From an uncultured Candidatus Saccharibacteria bacterium (GTDB lineage: Bacteria; Patescibacteriota; Minisyncoccia; Ryanbacterales; HO2-45-13): 34,274 nt of DNA. Shown here in pieces: positions 10,971-18,249 of the stretch. The notes beneath the pieces were generated by a model, which ran no database searches, was not told the origin of the DNA, and saw nothing but the letters and a program-made list of their open reading frames with translations. Positions within the stretch are counted from its first letter, which is position 1; each line of letters begins with the position of its first letter. The stretch is from the NCBI GenBank assembly GCA_964360995.1, contig CAYHYZ010000001.1:31548-65821 (forward strand), read 5' to 3'. A program made the translations under genes and the position numbers.

Positions 10971-11129
10971 GAGCTACATGCGGCGAGCGAAGCCGCGCAC
11001 TTGCGGGCATCGATGGCACACTGATGTACGGCAGCTTGTGTAGTGATTACCACTCCCCGCACAGGGCGCACATGCAAGTGCGCTGGTGAAGTATATTAGA
11101 GCTGCATGCGGCGAGCGGAACCCCGCACT
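10971..11129. repeat. Imperfect 31-bp direct repeat pair with stem-loops downstream of lepA
   Basis: GAGCTACATGCGGCGAGCGAAGCCGCGCACT (10971-11001) vs GAGCTGCATGCGGCGAGCGGAACCCCGCACT (11099-11129), 27/31 identical; GCGCACTTGC (10995-11004) pairs with GCAAGTGCGC (11074-11083). Confidence 0.7.
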
Positions 11130-11223
11130 CTCTCACGAAGCATATTGAGTGTGCCTAACAATTCGCACGTTTGTGAAAAAATATGCCTTTATGGCCTAAA
11201 GATTGAGTAGTGCGTGGGTAGCA

Positions 11224-11337
11224 TTAGCGCCCTCCTGCCGAGAGTAGTGGGAGCAGGGTGAATCCAATCATGCTGAGAATTGCAAATATAGAGACAATCA
11301 CCCAGATGATTTCGTGACGTCGTTTTTTGTTCTGCAT
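11224..11337 (-). CDS. Small single-pass membrane protein (37 aa, DUF4044-like), absent from the ORF track
   Basis: Hand translation MQNKKRRHEIIWVIVSIFAILSMIGFTLLPLLSAGGR*: basic N-terminus followed by one TM helix. Confidence 0.65.
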   Translation of the reverse strand: MQNKKRRHEIIWVIVSIFAILSMIGFTLLPLLSAGGR

Positions 11338-11358
11338 GGTGTGTAGTATGATGCAGGC

Positions 11359-11742
11359 ATGCGCGAGAGACAAGAGTATTCACTCGCACTCGCTATATTT
11401 AATTCTCGATTTATTCGCGCGGTGCTCGTGCTTGTATTGCTGACGCTCGGATGGAAAGTAACGGGCAGCGTAGGGGCGTATATGGAGTGGCAGAAAGAGG
11501 AGCGCGAAGCAATGGCTGTACAGGCGCAGTTGCTGAAACGTAAGGAAGACGTGCAAAAAAAACTTGATATGCTCGCGTCCCCCACAGAAAAAGAAATTGT
11601 GGTGAGGCAAGAATTTGTACTCAAAGAGCCTGGGGAGGAAACGGTAGTAATTATTGATGAAGGTATTGAGAGTGCGGCAACGATTACACAAGTATTGCCG
11701 TGGTATAAGCGTATGTGGTTATGGATGCATTTCGGAAAGTGA
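11359..11742 (+). CDS. Septum formation initiator family protein (FtsB/DivIC-like)
   Basis: TM helix, coiled coil, then EIVVRQEFVLKEPGEETVVII, matching the DivIC-type E..AR..L...KPGE motif. Confidence 0.75.
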   Translation: MRERQEYSLALAIFNSRFIRAVLVLVLLTLGWKVTGSVGAYMEWQKEEREAMAVQAQLLKRKEDVQKKLDMLASPTEKEIVVRQEFVLKEPGEETVVIIDEGIESAATITQVLPWYKRMWLWMHFGK

Positions 11743-12431
11743 AGCGCTCCCTTGGCGTAGGCCTTGGCGACGCACAATCTTATGAATTTGGAGCACAAAA
11801 TCCCGCACCAAACGCGGAGTTTAATGCCAACCGTCAGGGAAACAAAAGTGACTGGCGTTTTGGTGCGCGGATAAAAGGAGTCATTTTGCTCGTCCTTGTG
11901 GTGGTTGGGCTGGGATTTTTCTTCGTGGACCGTATTTCTTCACGTTATGCGTTAGCCACAGTCAATGGGCAGGAAATTAGTTACGCGGATTGGCAAATTT
12001 TTAGAGATGCATTTGAATCGTATCGCGCTACGCTTTCGAAACAGGGAGGAAATACTGAAGCATCAAAAGCGTTGGAGCAACTTTCAGCGGGAGATATTGA
12101 CCGCATGACGCTTGAGCAAATGATTGGACAGGTGATATTGCACGAGCATCTCACGCAAGAATTCGGACTTCGCGCAGAAGACATGGTACGCTCTGGGCTC
12201 AAAAAAGCGCGCGCCACGAGCGGAGATTCTGCGGAGAGATCGGACGCTCCGCTGTCTACATTTGAACAATTGGTGCTTGTGCCGCAAATCGAACGCGCGG
12301 TCGCAAGTGAACTCGTGCGTAGTAATGGTGGAGATTTTTCCAAGTGGACTTTAGGGCATCTTGCCGAGGCAACGGTGAGTGTGAGATGGTATACGTATAA
12401 ATGGGAGAATGGTACGCTCAAAAAGAAATAA
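11715..12431 (+). CDS. Membrane-anchored SurA N-terminal domain (foldase-like) protein
   Basis: TM helix then ALATVNGQEIS...TLEQMIGQVIL. Start uncertain (GTG 11739 overlaps the upstream stop). Confidence 0.6.
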   Translation: MVMDAFRKVKRSLGVGLGDAQSYEFGAQNPAPNAEFNANRQGNKSDWRFGARIKGVILLVLVVVGLGFFFVDRISSRYALATVNGQEISYADWQIFRDAFESYRATLSKQGGNTEASKALEQLSAGDIDRMTLEQMIGQVILHEHLTQEFGLRAEDMVRSGLKKARATSGDSAERSDAPLSTFEQLVLVPQIERAVASELVRSNGGDFSKWTLGHLAEATVSVRWYTYKWENGTLKKK

Positions 12432-12432
12432 T

Positions 12433-12503
12433 GCGGAATTGGTTTAGTGGTAGGACGCGACCTTCCCAAGGTTGAGGCGCGGGTTCGATTCCCGCATTCC
12501 GCA
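12433..12503 (+). tRNA. tRNA-Gly (CCC), CCA not encoded
   Basis: GCGGAAT/ATTCCGC acceptor stem; anticodon arm CGACC-TTCCCAA-GGTTG; T arm GCGGG-TTCGATT-CCCGC. Confidence 0.96.
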
Positions 12504-12547
12504 CAGCATATAAATACCGTCTGACATCAGGCGGTATTTATATGCTG
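12504..12547. repeat. Long inverted repeat directly after tRNA-Gly
   Basis: CAGCATATAAATACCG (12504-12519) and CGGTATTTATATGCTG (12532-12547) are perfectly complementary; the stem extends to ~20 bp with one G.T pair. Confidence 0.85.
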
Positions 12548-12552
12548 ATATA

Positions 12553-12680
12553 TGGTGAACGGGAATCGAACGGAACTTTTGTGCTGCCGGTGGCAGATGA
12601 AGCAAAAGTCAGTGGCTCCGGATGAGCGCCGACTCGTAGAGGGAAGGCGCGAAGGAGGAGGATTCCCGCATTCCGCACCA
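12553..12680 (+). repeat. tRNA-end unit 1: inverted tRNA T-arm copy, structured core, direct copy of the tRNA 3' end with CCA (att-like)
   Basis: CGGGAATCGAAC (12560-12571) is the reverse complement of tRNA 12483-12494; GATTCCCGCATTCCGCACCA at 12661-12680. Confidence 0.8.
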
Positions 12681-12693
12681 ATGTTGCCCAAAT

Positions 12694-12713
12694 AACACCG
12701 AAAGGTGTTTTTT
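12694..12713 (+). terminator. Intrinsic terminator-like hairpin
   Basis: AACACC-GAAA-GGTGTT followed by a T run. Confidence 0.55.
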
Positions 12714-12792
12714 GGTTCGCAACATTGAGTGCCCCGACAACACGTCGGGGCTTTGTTGAAAGTAAGAGCAAACAAATTGCTTTGTTTGCGTC

Positions 12793-12915
12793 GAGAATCG
12801 AAGGCCGGAGTATCTCGCCGCAGGCGAGCACGAGGAGGGGTCGAGAGTACTTAGCGAAGAAGGAGTGTAGCGACTGATGAGTTTAGTAACTCGTGACCGA
12901 TTCCCACATTTCGCA
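12793..12915 (+). repeat. tRNA-end unit 2 (same layout, different core)
   Basis: GAGAATCGAA (12793-12802) ... CGATTCCCACATTTCGCA (12898-12915, 16/18 match to the tRNA 3' end); internal hairpins such as CTCGCC-GCA-GGCGAG. Confidence 0.65.
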
Positions 12916-12951
12916 AAGAAAAAAATACTTAATATACTATGTATATATATT

Positions 12952-13572
12952 ATGCAGTGTCCGAACGACAACATTAAGATGCACCCAGTGAGGTTGGAAT
13001 CACACTATGGGCTTCGAGTTGATCTTGATCAGTGCGCCTTGTGTGGTGGCATTTGGTTTGATAAGTCAGAATTACATAGAATCAAACAAGGTGAAACAAA
13101 AAAAATTGATTTGCTGGACAGTAGAATATTTAGAGAAATTACTCATATTAAACGTGAAAAACTTTTGTGCCCACGGGATAACTCTAAACTTGTGAAGTTC
13201 GAGGATCGTTATTTTCTCAAGGATATTATTCTAGTGCGTTGCACGGCATGTGATGGGCAATGGCTAAATCGTGGTGAATTTACTAAATATCAAAAGGCTC
13301 GGCAAGAATCACCGAAGCCTAAAGAAAAAAATGCAGAGGATAAAATATTTGACGCTAGAATTGAGCGCATACTTGCGCGGCACAGCACTAGAGGAGCAGC
13401 CGATGTCATGGGAAAAGTTGGAAAATTTTTATCTACACCTATTACCCGTTATCCAATCGGCACACCACTTTCCGCTCTGTACGGAGCGAGCGTATCTGAA
13501 AGGCAGGAGCTGAACTATACCACTAATATCATAGTTGCCATTTTAAGCTCCGTGATTAGAAAAAGACCGTGA
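12952..13572 (+). CDS. Protein with two zf-TFIIB-type zinc ribbons
   Basis: MQCPND...DQCALCGGIWFDKSEL and LLCPRD...RCTACDGQWLNRGEF. Start placed at ATG 12952 because the longer ORF begins inside the repeat. Confidence 0.8.
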   Translation: MQCPNDNIKMHPVRLESHYGLRVDLDQCALCGGIWFDKSELHRIKQGETKKIDLLDSRIFREITHIKREKLLCPRDNSKLVKFEDRYFLKDIILVRCTACDGQWLNRGEFTKYQKARQESPKPKEKNAEDKIFDARIERILARHSTRGAADVMGKVGKFLSTPITRYPIGTPLSALYGASVSERQELNYTTNIIVAILSSVIRKRP

Positions 13573-13601
13573 TACTATCGCCGTCGACGCTTTGATGTGA
13601 C

Positions 13602-13706
13602 CAGATGAAGCAAAAGTCAGTGGCTCCGGATGTACACCGACTCGAAGAGGGAAGGAGGGAAGGAGGGAGGAGGATTCCCCTGCCGGCAGGTAGGCGCATT
13701 CCGCAC
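13602..13706 (+). repeat. tRNA-end unit 3: direct repeat of unit 1 (12594-12678) with a 16-bp insertion in the tRNA fragment
   Basis: CAGATGAAGCAAAAGTCAGTGGCTCCGGATG is identical at 12594-12624 and 13602-13632; the unit ends GATTCC[CCTGCCGGCAGGTAGG]CGCATTCCGCAC. Confidence 0.85.
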
Positions 13707-13759
13707 ACATTAATTGCTCGTTTTCTACGGTACCCACATTCATGGGTTATTTATTCATC

Positions 13760-13768
13760 TGCTATAAT
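13760..13768 (+). promoter_or_regulatory. Extended -10 promoter (TGcTATAAT), probably leaderless transcript
   Basis: TGCTATAAT ends 6 nt before ATG 13775. Confidence 0.6.
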
Positions 13769-13774
13769 GCTTCT

Positions 13775-15538
13775 ATGAACATGGGGTATTTCATTCCCTC
13801 TTTTTCGGTTAAAAAGTACGCGACAAAAGGCGTTGCGCTGCTTATGTCTATCGTTGTGGTCGCTCTGGTCCTTCTCCATCGGGTGGGCCCAGTAAGCGCA
13901 GACGTAGCTACGTTTTTTCCAGAAACGTGTCTGGGGGGATGGCAGAATCCGCAGTACGCCGCGAACACACCTAATGTTGTGGCAGGATTAGCGGAAGAAT
14001 TTACTGAAAATAACTCGGCAACGATCGTTGATACTATTTCGCAATTATTTTGCGGCGAATTTTCCGGCGAAATCCCCGAAAACGCAATTCACAAGAAGGT
14101 AACGTTAAAATTTTCCTGGGCGTTAGCAAGTCCTGAAAGTGAAGCTACTGACACGGCATCGACGACCCCAGCATTTGAGTCGAGCACGTCAACGAATGCC
14201 ACAAATGGATCGCCAGACTATACCGGCGCTCCAGCCGCAGTATCTGTGCCCCTGCTGTCTGAAGCGCTAGCAACGTCCACGGAGACGAGCGTGGAAAATT
14301 CTATCGTTGAGCAAGTGGTGGTCGCAACGTCGACCATTTCCGATGGAGATACCGTTTCCGCGCCGAGTGAGGCTGACCTAGACTCTTCCGAAGTTCCGTC
14401 AACAGCAGATGACATGGCTGAGTCCGCCGAACCGGGGTCCCCAGAGTTCACGTCCACCACCGAGTCAGCACCCGCAGAACCAGCGTCTGCGGAACCTGTG
14501 CCGGACGTATCTTTTTTTCAACAATATATTTTTAGGAGCGCACACGCGCAGGAAACGGAAAGCGGACAGCAAGAGAATATTAATGTGGTTGCTACGCCAA
14601 GTGCCGACACTGCATCATCCACTGCCGCCACCGCGAGCACTTCAGTTTCAGAAATTCCTGCGGGCTCGATTTTGGAAGTACGCTATACCGTTGATGGAGA
14701 GCACTGGGAGTCGCTTGGATACGTCTCACGCCTCGGGCCTGATGTAAGTTTTGAAATACCAGTTTCGGTGGTGAACTCTATTGCCACACTCTCAAATGTC
14801 CAAATTGCACTGCACACGCTTTCGTCGATTGATACGGTCCCGATGATATACGTAGACGCGATGTGGCTTGATATTGAGTACGAGGTCCCGAGAGAAGTGC
14901 CAACATATTCTGATGAGGGTGTCGCGTCGGTATCCTTGAGCGTGCGCCCTGCCGAAGGGGTGATTGAGATTATTGAACCGGAGTATCTGTCGGATGTGAG
15001 CTCGACTACTCCTCCCGCATCTACGACTGAAGGCACGTTCAATGGCAGTAGTGGCGGTGGAGGCACTACAAATAGTAGTGGTATCAGCGGTGGGAATGGA
15101 GGAGGGGAGGCAAATGTGTATGACGAGGATGTGCGCGCAACGTCCTCGACGTTCACATTATTTTCAGATGCTCCCGCATCTCGCGTGTTTAGCGCCGCCC
15201 TCACCGTTGATGCGAATGCGGAGCATTCGTGCGCAATGGCGCGGTACCATATTGATATATCGGCAGTATCGCAAGCAGAAACGCGCGTGATTTTGCGTCC
15301 GGATGGCGCGGGGCCATATACGTTAACAATAGGAAGTTTGCCGGGAGGTATTGATTTGCGATTTATTGAAGGAGATCCGTACCAATATCAACCACGCACT
15401 GAAGAATTTGCCCTAAATATGATGGTGTATAAATCCGAGCACGCACGTATAGGAGATTTTAACGTGCCGATTATCTACACGAAAAAAGGGGCACAAGACT
15501 CATCAGTCATTTGCAAGCTAAATATCATCAATCAATGA
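13775..15538 (+). CDS. Secreted or membrane-anchored acidic Ser/Thr-rich surface protein, first gene of the surface cluster
   Basis: N-terminal hydrophobic segment; beta-rich domains separated by long S/T/A/E low-complexity linkers; ATGA overlap with the next gene. Start chosen from the promoter position. Confidence 0.7.
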   Translation: MNMGYFIPSFSVKKYATKGVALLMSIVVVALVLLHRVGPVSADVATFFPETCLGGWQNPQYAANTPNVVAGLAEEFTENNSATIVDTISQLFCGEFSGEIPENAIHKKVTLKFSWALASPESEATDTASTTPAFESSTSTNATNGSPDYTGAPAAVSVPLLSEALATSTETSVENSIVEQVVVATSTISDGDTVSAPSEADLDSSEVPSTADDMAESAEPGSPEFTSTTESAPAEPASAEPVPDVSFFQQYIFRSAHAQETESGQQENINVVATPSADTASSTAATASTSVSEIPAGSILEVRYTVDGEHWESLGYVSRLGPDVSFEIPVSVVNSIATLSNVQIALHTLSSIDTVPMIYVDAMWLDIEYEVPREVPTYSDEGVASVSLSVRPAEGVIEIIEPEYLSDVSSTTPPASTTEGTFNGSSGGGGTTNSSGISGGNGGGEANVYDEDVRATSSTFTLFSDAPASRVFSAALTVDANAEHSCAMARYHIDISAVSQAETRVILRPDGAGPYTLTIGSLPGGIDLRFIEGDPYQYQPRTEEFALNMMVYKSEHARIGDFNVPIIYTKKGAQDSSVICKLNIINQ

Positions 15539-17421
15539 GTCTGAAGGTTTTTCTAAGGTACCTATTCATGAGTGTATTTGTATTCGTGTGGATATTTTCA
15601 GGATGGCCGCAATTTTTCCGCCTTCCTCCGAGTGTTTCGAATGTCGAAGCGGCGATCTCCGGAGTAACCGCGCGCGGATCAAACACGGTCGGAACCGGAT
15701 CAAATGCATCACTTGCTGTTTCTCCTTCTGGAAACGTGGTCACCGATAAGTTACTTTTTGTGGCAGTGACGGCGGACAATATTGGTACGGCAGATGGGTG
15801 TGGTGGATCAGAACATTCGCTGAAAGATACCGATAATCACGCATGGGTAAAAATATTTGAGTGTATCGAAACTGACGGGTCTGCTGATGACGGAAATACC
15901 ACTTCACTGTTTGTCACAAAAGCGACCACGACCATTAGTACGACCGATGTGATTACCGTCACATTTAGTTCAGCACGTACAGACGCCATCATCAGTTTAG
16001 TGGAGGTAACCTTTGGAGCCGGGAAAACATTCGCTATTGCGCAGACTGGCGTGGGGCAAAACGCGCTTTCTGCAACGATTTCGGTCACGTCACGCGAATA
16101 TTTACTGTTTGGGCTGTTGGGTGCGGAAGGTGAGGACACCGCAAAGACCCCAGACGCGGGAGGCGTGTACGGAGAAAATCACGATCTCATCTCCACAAGT
16201 AGCGGGCTTCCTGCGGTGAATGTACAGCAACACGTACAGACCAATATCGCGACACTCACTGGAGACACGGTAGATACGGCAGACATTACCTATACGAATG
16301 CCCTGCAAACACTCACTGCCGTGTACGAGGTGGACGATCCCACATATGCGCAGTCCAACTATCGGTTTTTCAATAACGCAGACTCTACCGATGTCGGCTC
16401 TGTGCTCGCGGGTGAAGGCGCGTCCGCCACGCTTGCTACGGCAGGGGCTGCGTTTCGCTTGCGACTACTCTTGCATGTGGGGGGGACAGGAAGCATTTTG
16501 TACCAAAGCGGCCAATATTTTAAGCTGCAATTTGCCGCGCGTTCCGGAGATTGTGACACAGGGTTTTCTGGAGAAACATATGCGGACGTTACGGCGGCAA
16601 CGGTGCTTGCATATAACGATAACGCAACACCAACAGATGGATCCAATTTGACGTCTAACGGGAACGATCCTACTCATACGGGGCACAACGTCAACAATCA
16701 GACATATGAAGAAGCAAATGATTTTACTAATTCACGCTTTAATGTTCCCACTGGGGATGATAGTCAGTGGGATTTTTCACTCAAAGATAATGGAGCTCCT
16801 CCGGGCACGACATACTGTTTTCGTGTGGTAAAATCCAATGGTACACAGATTACGACGTACACCGTGATTCCGGAAATTGCTACTGCAGCTTCATCATTGA
16901 CGTTCGTGGTCTCGACCAATGTATTCCAAAATTTTGCTCCCGGTACACCAGTATTTGCAACCACAACATTGAGCGTGGAGACAAACAACGCTGCGGGGTG
17001 GAATGTGACAGTCGTGCGAGATGATGGAGATACTACGCTCGATCTTGACTCGGACGCAACAACGAATATTACTGATCAAACAGCGTGGTCGCCCGGAGCC
17101 GCAACCACATCAGCTGGAAACTCGGTGCGCATTGCTACGTTCGATAACTCGGGGGATATACTTGCATTTCGTGTGATGACCGCGAGCGGATCCGTGCCAT
17201 TTCGCGCATCCACGTGGTGGGGGGCGATTGATGAGTATATTGATAATGCGAGCTCCTTGTGGGCGGGGCTACCAAGTACCGCAAAACAAATAGGGAATAC
17301 AAATGTGACTTCTGGCGGCGCTCCGATGCTTAACACCGTTCTCTATTATCTGGACGTACCAGTCTCACAAAAAGCAGGAGCATATTCAGGAACCATTACG
17401 TATACGGCGACAGCAAATTAA
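15535..17421 (+). CDS. Large secreted multidomain protein with C-terminal WxL-like domain
   Basis: Signal-like N-terminus; C-terminal ~175 aa (ATTTLSVETNNAAGWNVTV...AGAYSGTITYTATAN) paralogous to the next gene and ending in the WxL/pilin-type Y..TITYT strand. Confidence 0.7.
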   Translation: MSLKVFLRYLFMSVFVFVWIFSGWPQFFRLPPSVSNVEAAISGVTARGSNTVGTGSNASLAVSPSGNVVTDKLLFVAVTADNIGTADGCGGSEHSLKDTDNHAWVKIFECIETDGSADDGNTTSLFVTKATTTISTTDVITVTFSSARTDAIISLVEVTFGAGKTFAIAQTGVGQNALSATISVTSREYLLFGLLGAEGEDTAKTPDAGGVYGENHDLISTSSGLPAVNVQQHVQTNIATLTGDTVDTADITYTNALQTLTAVYEVDDPTYAQSNYRFFNNADSTDVGSVLAGEGASATLATAGAAFRLRLLLHVGGTGSILYQSGQYFKLQFAARSGDCDTGFSGETYADVTAATVLAYNDNATPTDGSNLTSNGNDPTHTGHNVNNQTYEEANDFTNSRFNVPTGDDSQWDFSLKDNGAPPGTTYCFRVVKSNGTQITTYTVIPEIATAASSLTFVVSTNVFQNFAPGTPVFATTTLSVETNNAAGWNVTVVRDDGDTTLDLDSDATTNITDQTAWSPGAATTSAGNSVRIATFDNSGDILAFRVMTASGSVPFRASTWWGAIDEYIDNASSLWAGLPSTAKQIGNTNVTSGGAPMLNTVLYYLDVPVSQKAGAYSGTITYTATAN

Positions 17422-17500
17422 CAAGCAATGATATCCACACGTAATCACGATCGTATCAACATAGCGGTGCGTACCATGATACAATAAAAAACAACGAGTT

Positions 17501-18196
17501 ATGAGTTACTTTCGATCATTGGTTTACATACACAATGAAGATCGCGCGCAGTTGTTTGTTGCTATTGCGTTAGTGATGGCACTGCTGTTTGGACTATATG
17601 GAACGTATGCCTATGGAGAGGCGGTGAGTTTGACCGTGACTGTACAAACCGCGCTGTCGTTTACGACATCTTCAGATTATTTTGGGAACTTCACTCCGGG
17701 TACCGCAAAATTTGCGACAACCACGCTTTCGGTGACCACCAACAACGTCGCAGGATGGAATATTATTCTCTCTGGAGATGACCAAAGCCCAACGAATACC
17801 GTCTGCGATCTGAATAGTGATGCATCCGTTGGTCTTACGGATCAATTAGAGTGGATCGCCGGTGCCGCCACCACATCAGCGGGGAATGCGGTACGAATTG
17901 CGACGCTTGATTCGAGCGCGGACGTACTTGCATTTCGTGTGATGACCGCGAGCGGATCCGTGCCATTTCGCGCTGGGACTTGGTGGGGGACCACCGACGA
18001 CTACGCCGACGCCGCAACCACGCTGTGGGCAGGTATTGCGAGTTCGACAGGGTCCCGACAAATTGGAAATGCGGGTACCGGATCATATAGCGCTTCTACA
18101 CACTTAAATACGGTACTCTACTATCTCGACGCACCGTCAACGCAGCAATCCGGAGCCTATACCTGCCCCTTGACCTATACTGCAACTGGCAACTAA
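17501..18196 (+). CDS. Small secreted WxL-like protein (candidate major subunit)
   Basis: Signal peptide ending AYG-EA; ATTTLSVTTNNVAGWNIIL...SGAYTCPLTYTATGN; own TGaTACAAT box at 17477-17485. Confidence 0.7.
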   Translation: MSYFRSLVYIHNEDRAQLFVAIALVMALLFGLYGTYAYGEAVSLTVTVQTALSFTTSSDYFGNFTPGTAKFATTTLSVTTNNVAGWNIILSGDDQSPTNTVCDLNSDASVGLTDQLEWIAGAATTSAGNAVRIATLDSSADVLAFRVMTASGSVPFRAGTWWGTTDDYADAATTLWAGIASSTGSRQIGNAGTGSYSASTHLNTVLYYLDAPSTQQSGAYTCPLTYTATGN

Positions 18197-18249
18197 TATT
18201 GAGCTTGCCGGGGCAGCTTCCTTTCCGATTAGGGGATTCACTCTCTTGA

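Noticed and set aside
12661-12680. Second tRNA-Gly gene
   Set aside because: Only the 3' 20 nt are present; no D or anticodon arm.
12527-12974. Minus-strand ORFs of 82-121 aa over the repeat units
   Set aside because: No protein-like features; explained by the non-coding repeats.
10971-13706. CRISPR array
   Set aside because: Only two or three imperfect repeats with irregular spacing and no cas genes.
16880-18196. Diversity-generating retroelement TR/VR pair
   Set aside because: Both copies are in intact paralogous genes, mismatches are not adenine-specific, and there is no reverse transcriptase in the window.
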